Virus record (IMG/VR): IMGVR_UViG_3300025251_000053
Span: 1 to 30,216 of that record
Reading direction: 5' to 3' (one strand)
DNA from: a virus
Lineage: Duplodnaviria; Caudoviricetes
DNA length: 30,216 nucleotides
Below are positions 9,529 to 19,176 of this stretch, piece after piece (the stretch's first letter is position 1; every line of letters begins with the position of its first letter). Made by a program: the position numbers and the translations under genes. Under the pieces are notes generated by a model, which saw nothing but the letters and a program-made list of their open reading frames with translations, had not been told where the DNA came from and made no database searches.

Positions 9529-12250
9529 TCTCTATCGAACAGTCCACAGCTATTACCCATGTTGGGGGTAAGTTCATATGCGTGCCCCTACTTAGACGCA
9601 TCTTTACTTTAGTAGCGCCCAGCTTGCTTGTAAGGTCATGTATAAACGAGTTATAGTTTATTTGTTGTTCTCCGCACCATAGCTTTAGTGGTTTCACAAC
9701 AAGGTACGCACGTTTCAAATCAGTCTCGTATCGTGCAACTAACTTACCCCTTGGGAGCGCCTCTGGGATAACGAGTGACGTAACACCGTCATCTTGCTTA
9801 CGGAGGTCATCAGTGCTCTTAATCCACAGCACATTGCTCCAATGCTCATGTATGTAATCGTTTAGTGTTTCTTCGACAGATATGCTCATGTCTGCTACCT
9901 GACGCTTGTTCTCTTTTAAACGCTCTATAATCCATGAGAAGACCTTTGAGGTGTCATATTGGATAAGCCCTGCACGTTTTGCCATTATCAGTCCGACAAT
10001 CGTAGAGGTTGCAAGGACAGACCAATAACGGTTCTCAGCAGTTAGCCGTGCTTTGCGATCTACAACCTCTTGCACTTCCTCAAGAAGCTTAATCACTGCA
10101 TCTAGGTTATTCATAATATATTGGATGTAGACCTCACCCGCATGACCGTAGTTATTCTGTATGGCGGTGCTAAAAGAATCTGTTTCTTCTTTTGTTTCAA
10201 AGTTTATACGGCTCACCCTACATTCTAGTATTCTCTGTGCCTCTGCTTTTGGCATGGCTTTTATGATACTAATACGCTCTACAATGCTTGTGTTTCCTGT
10301 AGTTACAGCGAGTAGCTTCCAAGCATCGCCACGGGCACGTTCTGTGTTACTACCGCTAGACATACGTCCACGTTGGCGGCCACCCGTAAGTTGATAGGCA
10401 AGGTTTGATAACTCCTTACCGTGTGTGTTCGTCAGCTCGTCCATGTACAGAGGTAAGTTATGATACACCTCACCACGGTTCATCTTTGTGTTAAAGGTAT
10501 CTCTTTCATGGATAATCAGGTCATCAGGGTTACCCCACACAGATATACCTGCTGACATTGCGGTGGTTTTACCTACCCCTGACTCCTTACTGTATATATG
10601 TAATCCTGCACAATGTATGGGTAGAAACTGCATAAGAGGAGAACCAAAGGATGTACCCACTACAAATTGGTGTAGTTCAAAGTCATCTCGATTGTAAAAG
10701 TTTATCGCTTCCTTCCAAGCATCTAAAGAACCCTTTGGTTCGAACGAGGGAAACAACCCCGCAGTCTGGGAAGATGGTGGATTAAAATCTACCTTGTCTT
10801 TAAATATCTCTTGGTTACCAAGTATAAAAGACTCACAGGCGTCGTTAGCCCAACCAAACTGCCTATGTGCTTCATCTGCTTCCTTCTGTGACTGTAATTC
10901 GTTTACCCATGTTGTTGTGTATTGCATTAATTCATCCATCCTCGCTACTGCTATGCCTTGCATAGACAACTGTTTACGTAGTTCTTCCTTGGATGTTACT
11001 GCCGTAAGCGGTACTGTGAACTCCCTTATACCGTCTTTTGGGAGATGTAACCGCATAACGATAGCCTCTCCAAGCTCTACATCCCTAAGCCTCCTAACAA
11101 CGTACAGGTCGTTATGATATATCTGTCTATGTTCTTCCTCCCCGTCAGCACCTCTGACGCTTACATATATACCGCCATTCTCTCCCCTAAAGTACGGTGC
11201 GGGGTAATCTGGTATATCTGGAGCGCTCTGCGCCTGTTTAACCACACGACCTAATGTTATAGGAGATTTTATCTTGCCCCAATGTTTACAGTTTGTACAG
11301 ACATCAGGGTTATATTCATCAAATCTATTGCAAAGGTACGGCCCTTTTATGAGAGATACCTTATCTTCTGTTAACTTCTCATCGTAACCTTCATGCCCTT
11401 TGGACATCAGTTCTATAGCTTTGTCGCTATCAGCACAGAACTTTGCTATGGATAACCCTGCTCTCCACATGGGCTCGCTTACAGTTTCTCTGTTCTGTAT
11501 TATATTCTTTATCTGTTCGCACCCATTACCCTTCACAGTCTTAGATAGTATGACCTTAAACTCAGTATCAGAGTTATCCATAAACAAAGAAGCTACAGAG
11601 TTAGGCGTCATTTTCTTAGGTTGTGGTATAGCTTCCCCACCTAACAACTCAGAGAACTTATCAAAATCCACTAACTCATTTGTAGGCACGCCAATAAAAC
11701 TTACTTCTTTTGCGACCCCGTTCTTATAGTTATGTGTGTTTGGTACGCGTAGTATCCTAGCAACATCGGCTGTGACCACAGGGTCAGCCAGTAGTTTATG
11801 ATCTGCACATAGTTTCTTCAGACGTGTTGCTATAGGTAACCAGTCGTCAATCACCACTGATTCTGACAACAGCCAGTACACGTGCACTCCATTACCAGAA
11901 CTCACCATAACAGGTTTAGGTAAAGATAGCGTCTTACAAAACCGAATCAGATCTGTCAGCGCATCCTTCTGGGTAGGGTATTCCTTACTCGGCCCACAAT
12001 CTAGGTCAAGAAAGAATGACCTGATGTTCTTTACGTTATCTGCTTTACGTGATTGGCCTGTCTCAAACGTGGACAACCCAAAGTATATATCAAATCCTTG
12101 CTCGTCTAGGTCTTTAGACGCGTCTACAACCGCATCTATTGAGGGGTATAGCTTCTGTATCCTACGCTCATCGCTAAAAGCACATACGCAGTAAAAGCCG
12201 TCGTCACCTAGTATCCTCTTTAAAAATGTTTTTGTTTCCATAATATCCAC
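9494..12250 (-). CDS. Primase-helicase: AEP-like primase, Cys-rich domain and DUF927-type ATPase/helicase
   Basis: FFLDLDCG (DxD), SSGNGVHVYW (His motif), DVARILRVP; C...PYLC...CTNCKH; Walker A ESGVGKTT, Walker B LYMDE. The start may be ATG at 12241. Confidence 0.85.
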   Translation of the reverse strand: MDIMETKTFLKRILGDDGFYCVCAFSDERRIQKLYPSIDAVVDASKDLDEQGFDIYFGLSTFETGQSRKADNVKNIRSFFLDLDCGPSKEYPTQKDALTDLIRFCKTLSLPKPVMVSSGNGVHVYWLLSESVVIDDWLPIATRLKKLCADHKLLADPVVTADVARILRVPNTHNYKNGVAKEVSFIGVPTNELVDFDKFSELLGGEAIPQPKKMTPNSVASLFMDNSDTEFKVILSKTVKGNGCEQIKNIIQNRETVSEPMWRAGLSIAKFCADSDKAIELMSKGHEGYDEKLTEDKVSLIKGPYLCNRFDEYNPDVCTNCKHWGKIKSPITLGRVVKQAQSAPDIPDYPAPYFRGENGGIYVSVRGADGEEEHRQIYHNDLYVVRRLRDVELGEAIVMRLHLPKDGIREFTVPLTAVTSKEELRKQLSMQGIAVARMDELMQYTTTWVNELQSQKEADEAHRQFGWANDACESFILGNQEIFKDKVDFNPPSSQTAGLFPSFEPKGSLDAWKEAINFYNRDDFELHQFVVGTSFGSPLMQFLPIHCAGLHIYSKESGVGKTTAMSAGISVWGNPDDLIIHERDTFNTKMNRGEVYHNLPLYMDELTNTHGKELSNLAYQLTGGRQRGRMSSGSNTERARGDAWKLLAVTTGNTSIVERISIIKAMPKAEAQRILECRVSRINFETKEETDSFSTAIQNNYGHAGEVYIQYIMNNLDAVIKLLEEVQEVVDRKARLTAENRYWSVLATSTIVGLIMAKRAGLIQYDTSKVFSWIIERLKENKRQVADMSISVEETLNDYIHEHWSNVLWIKSTDDLRKQDDGVTSLVIPEALPRGKLVARYETDLKRAYLVVKPLKLWCGEQQINYNSFIHDLTSKLGATKVKMRLSRGTHMNLPPTWVIAVDCSIENENKTRDTEDE

Positions 12251-12336
12251 CCACTAGTGCCGAAAGACACCACGACTGGACATCGGCAGATATCCTTTTC
12301 GGTATAAACCTAGTCGTGGCGGAGTTCCATTGAGAC

Positions 12337-13047
12337 TTAATCGTCCCAAGCATCGAGTACGGAACTCAAGTCGTCTTCCGCCGTGGGTGGTGGTGGAGCG
12401 GGCTTTTTAACAACTTTCTTTGGTTCTTTTACTGGTTCTTCATCAAAGTCATCTACAGGTTCAGCAATGCTTACCACGTTAGACTTCTCAGCAGTCTTAG
12501 TAAAAGGATTAGCATCTTCTATGGTGAAGCCACCATCTACTTTACCAAACGGATTGTACTCACTTCGTTCAGAAAGCTTGATAACTTGTACAGCACGTAA
12601 CCTTAAGTTTACAGAATTTTGACCGTAACCTTTATACGGGTTAAACTGCACGGCAACATTGACTGTACTACCTGTCGTTAGTTGAAAATCAGCAGGTAAC
12701 TTGTTACCCTGGGAATCTAATTGCATAGGAGGTTTAGATAAACCCGAACTATACTTACCTTTTAGGTTAGCTTTGTAGGTATAAGTGCCATCATCATCTT
12801 TAATGAAAGGGTTTGATAGTTTCTCATCCCAGTCTTTCTCCCTGTTAGCTTGGTAGCTTTTTGACATAGCCATAAACAATTTCTTCGCTGTCTCGTTATC
12901 CATACGAAACTGTATAGAATACTCTGCGTCTTTTTCTGAAGGGTCACAGGGCATACTTCTACCTATTGGCTTTGGTTTAAACACATAGGTGGTGTCAATT
13001 TTAGGCCATAGGGCTTCTACATTCTCAATAATATACATCTCAGTCAT
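12337..13047 (-). CDS. ssb: Single-stranded DNA-binding protein (T7 gp2.5/DUF2815-like)
   Basis: GSTVNVAV...LRLRAVQVIKL OB-fold-like strands; acidic, Pro-rich tail ending LDAWDD; replication context. Confidence 0.75.
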   Translation of the reverse strand: MTEMYIIENVEALWPKIDTTYVFKPKPIGRSMPCDPSEKDAEYSIQFRMDNETAKKLFMAMSKSYQANREKDWDEKLSNPFIKDDDGTYTYKANLKGKYSSGLSKPPMQLDSQGNKLPADFQLTTGSTVNVAVQFNPYKGYGQNSVNLRLRAVQVIKLSERSEYNPFGKVDGGFTIEDANPFTKTAEKSNVVSIAEPVDDFDEEPVKEPKKVVKKPAPPPPTAEDDLSSVLDAWDD

Positions 13048-13077
13048 TTTTCGCTCTCCTTAAGAGGTTTAGGGGTT

Positions 13078-13341
13078 TTATATATCGTCGTCTAAATCAA
13101 TATCAGCAACGATATCGGTTGGTTCTTCGAAGTGTTGCTCCCACTTATTAGCAGGTTCACTTTCTTTCTCTTTATTAGTTAAAGCATGAGACACATCACT
13201 CACGTTAAACCTATAAGTATTACCTATTTTAATGTAGGTATCTTTAGGTATGTGGTTCTGTCTTACCCACGCTCGTACAGTAGATATGGAAACAGAGAAA
13301 TGTTTCGCCACATCTTCGATTGGTACAAATGGTTCACTCAT
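13078..13341 (-). CDS. Excisionase/MerR-like (HTH_17) DNA-binding protein
   Basis: IEDVAKHFSVSISTVRAWVR...IKIGNTYRF winged-HTH pattern; acidic tail. Confidence 0.8.
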   Translation of the reverse strand: MSEPFVPIEDVAKHFSVSISTVRAWVRQNHIPKDTYIKIGNTYRFNVSDVSHALTNKEKESEPANKWEQHFEEPTDIVADIDLDDDI

Positions 13342-13733
13342 TATTTCTTCCTTACAGAAATTACATATTCCTTATCGATGTTTAAACCATCAGGAACTGT
13401 GTTTGGGTTTTCTTCTAGGAACTGCTTAATATTGCTCGTGTTAAGACGCTTGTCAAGAAACTCTGGCACATTATGCTCTAATATAAATTTATGCATAGCC
13501 TCCCAATCGCTTGTCCAATACTTCGTCTTAGTAGATCTAAAAAACAATCCCGCAGAAGTTCTTACGCTTTCCAAACCGTGGTTCTCACAGTAGTCAAGCA
13601 ATGCTCGTTTGAGAACGTCTTGTTGTCTCACAAGTTTATCGTCCTCTGCCTTAAATTTTGCTGATAGCGCTGACCTCTCGGCACGTATCTTTATGTATGC
13701 ACTGGTCATCTTTTCAGCCGTAGCGTCGCTCAT
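13341..13733 (-). CDS. Hypothetical phage protein (N-terminal coiled coil)
   Basis: SD AAGGAGAG; stop/start coupling with the downstream HTH gene. Confidence 0.7.
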   Translation of the reverse strand: MSDATAEKMTSAYIKIRAERSALSAKFKAEDDKLVRQQDVLKRALLDYCENHGLESVRTSAGLFFRSTKTKYWTSDWEAMHKFILEHNVPEFLDKRLNTSNIKQFLEENPNTVPDGLNIDKEYVISVRKK

Positions 13734-13762
13734 TATACTCTCCTTTGCCTATCGAGAATTTA

Positions 13763-13791
13763 TATATAGTATCTATTGATACGCTAGTCAA
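13763..13791 (-). promoter_or_regulatory. Putative sigma70-type promoter for the HTH/ssb/primase genes
   Basis: TTGACT-N17-TATATA on the minus strand upstream of ORF 13733. Confidence 0.55.
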
Positions 13792-15319
13792 GTACCTCGT
13801 TGTAAAGATCTATCAACTTTGTGTGAACGTTGATTCTCTTATCTAATAACCTGTAAACGTGTTTTTCTGCGGCAGAACCTTGGAGTTGCACAACGGTAGA
13901 TTTATGTACCTGTCCTGACCTATGCACCCTAGCGTTGGCTTGTTCATAAGTTTCTAGCGAACTCGTCGGCCCCCACCAGACCACTGTGTTAGCGGCTGTT
14001 AACGTGACACCATGTGCGGCGGCTTGTGGTTGGATTACCAGCACACGTGGGTTCGGGGTTGTCTGAAAGGTTCTGAATATCTGTGTTCGTTGAGGTGCAG
14101 ATACATCGCCACGTATAACTTCAGTTGTTATACCCTCTGACCGTAACTTGTCTGTTAAGATGTCTATGACATGCTTAAAGGGTACAAACACTAAGATCTT
14201 TTGACTTGATTCGTCAATTACTTCTCGAAGCACTTTGTATCTATGCTTGATATCAAACTCTAGTGTAGACCCATCATCAGTATATACAGCCCCTGCCGAT
14301 ATCTGTAGGAGTTTGTTCAGACTTACCGCCGCGTTCATAGCCGTGACCTCTGCCCCTGTAATCTCCATTACTAACTTGTCTTTGAGTTGTTTGTAGTATT
14401 TCTTCTGTTGCCGTGTGAGTTCTACCTCACGCTTTACATACACCATTGGTGGTAAGTCCAAGCACTCTTCCTTTGTAAACCTAACCGCAGGTTGTAGTGC
14501 TTTGAACACGACCTCTGTAGCATCGGGCTTGGGTCTCCATGTAAACTGAGATACCCTGTGCATAACTTGGTCTTTGAATGACCCAAAGAACCTTGGCACT
14601 GATCTGGGGTTGACCATCTTAGCTAGACCATAGGCATCTGTTGGAGCTTGCGCGGCGGGTGTACCTGTCATCATCCACAGCCATGTATCTTCGTTAATTA
14701 GCTTGTTCAGTGTCTTCCAACGTGTCGTTTGTGCGTTCTTATAGTGGGTCGCTTCATCAACAATCACTAGGTCAAAGCCACCTTTCTTTATCTCATCAGC
14801 TACAATAGCAACGCCATCATAGTTAATGATTACATACTCAGACCCTTCTTCAATAATCTTTTTACGTTTTGCCGCCGCACCGTGAGCCACGGATACTGTC
14901 CTGTGGGTAGCAAAGGTAAACAAGTCATCACGCCATGCGCTATCCATGATTGACAGCGGGCAGATAACCAATACACGTTTTATTAGTTTTTGTTGTAGTA
15001 AATAGTCCGACGCCCATATCGCACTAGCTGTCTTGCCTGTACCCTGCTCGTTAAAACAAAAGGCTCTCTTGTTCATTGTCAAGAACCCTGCTGTTGTCTT
15101 CTGGTGGTCAAAGGGTTTGTGCTTGCCTGTCCACTTGTACCTACCCTCAATGGGTGACGGTGCTTTTATGTTTAGTGTCTTAAGGCTCGATGCTTCGGCA
15201 AGCCCCCAGTTAACTAGTACCTTATTGTCTGGTAATTGTTGGCTCTTTGGTATGAGGGCTGTAACTCTGTTAGGGTCACGTACTCTAAGCAACAAAGCTT
15301 TGTTGTCAATAATCTTCAA
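13784..15319 (-). CDS. SNF2-like superfamily 2 DNA helicase
   Basis: Motif I EQGTGKT, Ia ICPLS, II VDEATH, III TGTP, VI QANARVHRSGQ. Confidence 0.9.
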   Translation of the reverse strand: MKIIDNKALLLRVRDPNRVTALIPKSQQLPDNKVLVNWGLAEASSLKTLNIKAPSPIEGRYKWTGKHKPFDHQKTTAGFLTMNKRAFCFNEQGTGKTASAIWASDYLLQQKLIKRVLVICPLSIMDSAWRDDLFTFATHRTVSVAHGAAAKRKKIIEEGSEYVIINYDGVAIVADEIKKGGFDLVIVDEATHYKNAQTTRWKTLNKLINEDTWLWMMTGTPAAQAPTDAYGLAKMVNPRSVPRFFGSFKDQVMHRVSQFTWRPKPDATEVVFKALQPAVRFTKEECLDLPPMVYVKREVELTRQQKKYYKQLKDKLVMEITGAEVTAMNAAVSLNKLLQISAGAVYTDDGSTLEFDIKHRYKVLREVIDESSQKILVFVPFKHVIDILTDKLRSEGITTEVIRGDVSAPQRTQIFRTFQTTPNPRVLVIQPQAAAHGVTLTAANTVVWWGPTSSLETYEQANARVHRSGQVHKSTVVQLQGSAAEKHVYRLLDKRINVHTKLIDLYNEVLD

Positions 15320-15337
15320 AATACTCTCCAGTATATT

Positions 15338-15589
15338 TTATTTTTTCTTTTTCTTCTGTCCGTTTCTTGCACGGTTCTTTGAAGGGCTTTCCAGTCTAGT
15401 GCCGTCTTTGTTACTGCCCCCCTTACTTAACATCTTATTGTGACTTACATCTTTACCTTTGCGGTTTATTTTTTTCTTGTCGTAAGCACGTCTGGCACGT
15501 TGCCGTTCCATTCTGTCTGAGTGTTCCCCACGTTCCTTTTGTTTTTTGTATTCTTTCTTGTAGGGTCTAGGTGATTTAGTATATGGCAT
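15338..15589 (-). CDS. Small basic HNH-like protein (possibly degenerate)
   Basis: GKDVSHNKMLSKGGSN...SKNRARNG resembles the DVDH..PLSKGG..N...NR pattern of phage HNH proteins; very Lys/Arg-rich. Confidence 0.6.
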   Translation of the reverse strand: MPYTKSPRPYKKEYKKQKERGEHSDRMERQRARRAYDKKKINRKGKDVSHNKMLSKGGSNKDGTRLESPSKNRARNGQKKKKK

Positions 15590-16257
15590 CAGTTACTCCC
15601 ATTATAAACACATTCAATTACTGCACAGTGGCGTTTACATAATCCGCTCGGATGTGCGTTCCAAATATCGTTCTCGTATGCTATCTCCATACGCTTGTAA
15701 TTAGACATCCACTTCTCCCAGAGAGAAGGAATCATATCTTCAGTATACTTATCTTTAACAATATTATTTATTTTGACAAACAATAATGCGGCGTTCACCT
15801 GTTTTATTTCTGGGAAATACTTAAACGTAGCGAGTGCCATCAGCTCTAACTGTCCTTTGTCTGCGTAAGCAGAAGACTTACCTGTCTTGTAGTCCACGAC
15901 CCACGCCTTACTATCATCAACAATAACAAGGTCAGCGATACCACGCCACCAAACATTCTTATCTCTAAAGCCACAAGGCTCTAGCTCTCTGGTCAACCCC
16001 ATCTTTATTTCTGTTAACTTCTTACCACGTCTTTTGTTAAGTGACTCCAGGGCCCCCTCCATGTAGGAGAACTTACTAGGCACTGGTTTCCCATCTCTTA
16101 TGTATTCTTCAGCCACAAGATGGGCTTCAGTACCATACCGCATGGCATCTGTTTGTGGTTCTGGGTAATCTTTAGCTATCTTCATATGGTAAAATTGTTT
16201 GGGGCATTGCTCGAACGCCTTAATCTTACTAAATGACCACGGGGCTATACTCATCAA
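15589..16257 (-). CDS. Cas4/RecB-like PD-(D/E)XK nuclease
   Basis: WSFSKIKAFEQCP, GTEAH, IADLVI...VVDYKTG, QLELM; one N-terminal Cys plus C-terminal CKRHCAVIEC (1+3 Cys, Fe-S staple pattern). Confidence 0.85.
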   Translation of the reverse strand: MMSIAPWSFSKIKAFEQCPKQFYHMKIAKDYPEPQTDAMRYGTEAHLVAEEYIRDGKPVPSKFSYMEGALESLNKRRGKKLTEIKMGLTRELEPCGFRDKNVWWRGIADLVIVDDSKAWVVDYKTGKSSAYADKGQLELMALATFKYFPEIKQVNAALLFVKINNIVKDKYTEDMIPSLWEKWMSNYKRMEIAYENDIWNAHPSGLCKRHCAVIECVYNGSN

Positions 16258-16568
16258 TGAAGCTTTGATTTATCAACCCAAGTAATTTGGATTGTAACCC
16301 CACCTAAATTATTCTCTCTAGTTTCAGATGTAAATTCGTCTTCGTGCCCACATTTAACACACAAAGTTTTAAATTTAGAATCAACAGCATAAGTAAATTC
16401 TGTAAAACTATCGCACTTTCTACAGTCTGCAAACGTGTCAAGAACTTGTTGGATTACATCATCCGATGTTGAGTCTGTCATAAAGCGTTCAGTTATACCT
16501 CGCAAACTTGCGCGATCTAACCTATGTGATTCGCCAAGATCTAATTTTTTTACTTCTTCTTTTTTCAT
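16254..16568 (-). CDS. Hypothetical Zn-ribbon protein
   Basis: CRKC...CVKC; ATGA overlaps on both sides. Confidence 0.6.
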   Translation of the reverse strand: MKKEEVKKLDLGESHRLDRASLRGITERFMTDSTSDDVIQQVLDTFADCRKCDSFTEFTYAVDSKFKTLCVKCGHEDEFTSETRENNLGGVTIQITWVDKSKLH

Positions 16569-18388
16569 TCACAATCTCCATATGATTTGCCTGTACCGCT
16601 CTCGCAGTTGATAGGTAGGCCGTCTGCCCAATGAGGTGTCCAACGCATACATTTCTCAATATACTCTTGCGCTTCTTCCAATACATCGTCCTTTACACAG
16701 CATACAATCGAGTCATGTACCGTCAGTACGACACGATATTTCTTAGCTATTTGTAGCATTTGTTCGCCAATAATGCAACGCGCTATCGCTTGGCATACGT
16801 TCTCGATCACCTTACCGCCATATATTCTGGTGCGACCACGCCTTGTTTTGTAGTCAAACTCTACACCCTTATCTGTCTGTGTAAACTGTAGATCATCATA
16901 GCCTAGCTTCAGTCCTGATGGTAACAGTATCGCACCGTCAACCACCTTGAGTACACCTTCTAGTCCAAATTGAATGTTCTCACCACGTGCCAGTCCAGTA
17001 AGCATGTTCTGAGCATCGCGCCATAGTTGGTTTATCTTCCAATTCGCTTCTCTGTAGATACTAATAACACGCCGTGCTTCATCAAGTTCCATGTCAAAAC
17101 CAAACGTCTGCAACTGTGCTTGGAACTTCACCGCACCCATACCATAACCTGCACCAAGAATTGTAGTCTTACCCACAAACCTTTGATTTTTATCAACATC
17201 TTCTTCGGGGACTCCGTAGATGCGTGAAGCCATCTTCTTGTAAACATCTTCTCCTGCGTTGAATGATTGGGTCAGGTCATCTTGCTCGGCAAGCCAAGCC
17301 AACACCCTCGCTTCAATCTGTGATGAATCACAATCAATCAGAGAACACCCCACTGGTGCAATGATACTACGCTTGAGTTTCTTCCCATCGCGTCCACGAC
17401 TTGGTAGATTTTGCAGATTAATCTTGTCGTCGCCACCCCACCGTCCAGTGTGTGCCGCGTAGTATCTTACAGGTACAGGCAACAGGCCACGCTTGGATAT
17501 ATCAATGAACCTCTGTGTCCGTGTCTCTTCCAATGTACTTTTATTACCAAGCCTTGCCGCTACAAGAAGTTGCACCTTCTCGTTCTCATGTTCTTCGAGT
17601 GCCTTGAACCCCTCGTCAGACTTAGCAAAGGCAAAGGTCTCTTTACCTGTAGTCGGACTTACCTTCATGGGGGGCTTCACACCTAACTGCTCTAAGAGTT
17701 CAGCAAACTTAGGGTTTGACATAAGATCAGCTTTCTCAACTTTAGCGCTGCGTAACAAGTCATCCTTACGAGAACGTGTTTCCATGAGATGTTGTTCTAA
17801 CAGATTCAAATCAAGGTCTAAGATAGGCTCAATAAACATACGCAATGTACGGTCTATCAGCTTGAGTTCATCCTTTGGAAACCCCTTGACCATGATAGAG
17901 AAGAGTTTGTATGTCAGGTCTACGTCATTAATACAGTAGTCACCGAACCTACTTAGTTCTTCCTCTGAGAAATCTCTTCTTTTCTTTCCGAGGGTGTTGA
18001 GTACCTCGTCTCCTTTAACTCCGATCTGATACCTCTCAGCCAACGCCTTGAGACTACTAGAAGTTTCCACCCCGTGAAGAGCACGGGAGATACACAAAGT
18101 ATCGGTATACACGCGAGGATAAATATTGTAATGCCAATTAAGAATAGCACCATCGAACATAGTATTATGGCACAGTACCATAGACTTCGCCCAATCAAAG
18201 GTGTGTAAGTAACTCTTGAGTTGTTCATGTGTTCCACTCGCCCACTCCGTTTCTTGATTGTTAACTTTGATACCAACCCCAATCACTTCAAAGTTGGGGT
18301 CACGTACGTACGCTTCAGTTGTCATCTTACGTAAAGATGTTTCCTTGTCATAGAAGGTCTCGAAGTCCAGTGTAATTAGATCCATCAC
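16565..18388 (-). CDS. polA: Family A DNA polymerase with 3'-5' exonuclease, no 5'-3' exonuclease
   Basis: ExoI LDFET, ExoII HNTMFD, ExoIII YCIND; TGRW, NLQNLP; motif A DSSQIEARV, motif B RFVGKTTILGAGYG, motif C TVHDS. Likely start ATG at 18385. Confidence 0.95.
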   Translation of the reverse strand: MMDLITLDFETFYDKETSLRKMTTEAYVRDPNFEVIGVGIKVNNQETEWASGTHEQLKSYLHTFDWAKSMVLCHNTMFDGAILNWHYNIYPRVYTDTLCISRALHGVETSSSLKALAERYQIGVKGDEVLNTLGKKRRDFSEEELSRFGDYCINDVDLTYKLFSIMVKGFPKDELKLIDRTLRMFIEPILDLDLNLLEQHLMETRSRKDDLLRSAKVEKADLMSNPKFAELLEQLGVKPPMKVSPTTGKETFAFAKSDEGFKALEEHENEKVQLLVAARLGNKSTLEETRTQRFIDISKRGLLPVPVRYYAAHTGRWGGDDKINLQNLPSRGRDGKKLKRSIIAPVGCSLIDCDSSQIEARVLAWLAEQDDLTQSFNAGEDVYKKMASRIYGVPEEDVDKNQRFVGKTTILGAGYGMGAVKFQAQLQTFGFDMELDEARRVISIYREANWKINQLWRDAQNMLTGLARGENIQFGLEGVLKVVDGAILLPSGLKLGYDDLQFTQTDKGVEFDYKTRRGRTRIYGGKVIENVCQAIARCIIGEQMLQIAKKYRVVLTVHDSIVCCVKDDVLEEAQEYIEKCMRWTPHWADGLPINCESGTGKSYGDCE

Positions 18389-18549
18389 TCTTTCCCCACG
18401 TTATCTTCTTTCGGATAATATACGTCTACATGACACGCACATTTAGGACAGCTTAGGTTAGTTACTATAGACCAATTAGAATCTTCTTCTTCTATGTCGT
18501 GATCTCCACCCCATATTAACTCCGTTTTACAGTGCCAACAATTCATCAT
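18385..18549 (-). CDS. Small Zn-ribbon protein (54 aa, not in ORF track)
   Basis: MMNCWHCKTELIWGGDHD...TNLSCPKCACHVDVYYP; SD GGAGG; overlaps both neighbours. Confidence 0.75.
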   Translation of the reverse strand: MMNCWHCKTELIWGGDHDIEEEDSNWSIVTNLSCPKCACHVDVYYPKEDNVGKE

Positions 18550-18989
18550 TCTTCCTCCACTTCACACTCATAAGCAATACCAACGTAGGCCATGATGTCT
18601 ACGTAGTGGTCTCTCTTGAGTGGACTTGTTCTCCTACGTGCTAACTTTGTAGCAATATGGAACATAGGCACTTCTGATGGTTTTATCTTGTGCCCTGTCA
18701 TAGCATTAAATATATTTGCTATGTGGGTCATATTCTCCACAGGGTCACCGTAATCTTTGTTACGTTCACCAGACGTAAGGCTCGATGCTTCGGCAAGTAA
18801 AACACTGCGGTTAGCGTCTTTCTTGAACTGTTCTTTCACGAAAACTTCTTTTGGTGTACCTACGCGAGCTAGTGTTTCTTTTGCGTAGCTATATGAACAA
18901 CCAACCGCCTTGGTAATCTCATCTGCCGTAGCCAGTGGGTTATCTAACAAGTACTCAAATACTTTTTCTTCTACTTTCCGTTTCTTCAT
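18546..18989 (-). CDS. HTH-like N-terminus fused to a DUF6378-like domain
   Basis: FEYLLDNPLATADEITKAVGCSYSYA (HTH-like), then R..DYGDP.EN..IA...KLAR...DHYVDI.AY. Confidence 0.65.
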   Translation of the reverse strand: MKKRKVEEKVFEYLLDNPLATADEITKAVGCSYSYAKETLARVGTPKEVFVKEQFKKDANRSVLLAEASSLTSGERNKDYGDPVENMTHIANIFNAMTGHKIKPSEVPMFHIATKLARRRTSPLKRDHYVDIMAYVGIAYECEVEEE

Positions 18990-18999
18990 TTCTCTCTCC

Positions 19000-19176
19000 C
19001 TAAATATTGTAGCCTTTTAATCTCAGCCCTTCTACAAATTTTTTTAACTCTACTTGTGCGGCGTTGTACATTGTGTCTCCTATCATAGTACGATGTTCAT
19101 CCGCTTGGCGTTCGTAGTTGTCTACCTGTTTACGTAAGAACGTCAGTTCCTCTTGTTGTGCAGGGGTTAGTTCCAT
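19000..19176 (-). CDS. Hypothetical protein (58 aa, not in ORF track)
   Basis: SD GAGGAG; MELTPAQQEELTFLRKQVDNYE...GLRLKGYNI*; fills the gap in the operon. Confidence 0.7.
   Translation of the reverse strand: MELTPAQQEELTFLRKQVDNYERQADEHRTMIGDTMYNAAQVELKKFVEGLRLKGYNI

Noticed and set aside
12251-12336. Self-cleaving ribozyme or tRNA
   Set aside because: It lacks hammerhead CUGANGA, HDV P3/P4 spacing and a tRNA cloverleaf; retained only as a generic pseudoknot candidate.
13078-13341. Excisionase-like gene as proof of a prophage
   Set aside because: No integrase, att site or host genes are seen, and HTH_17 proteins also occur in lytic phages.
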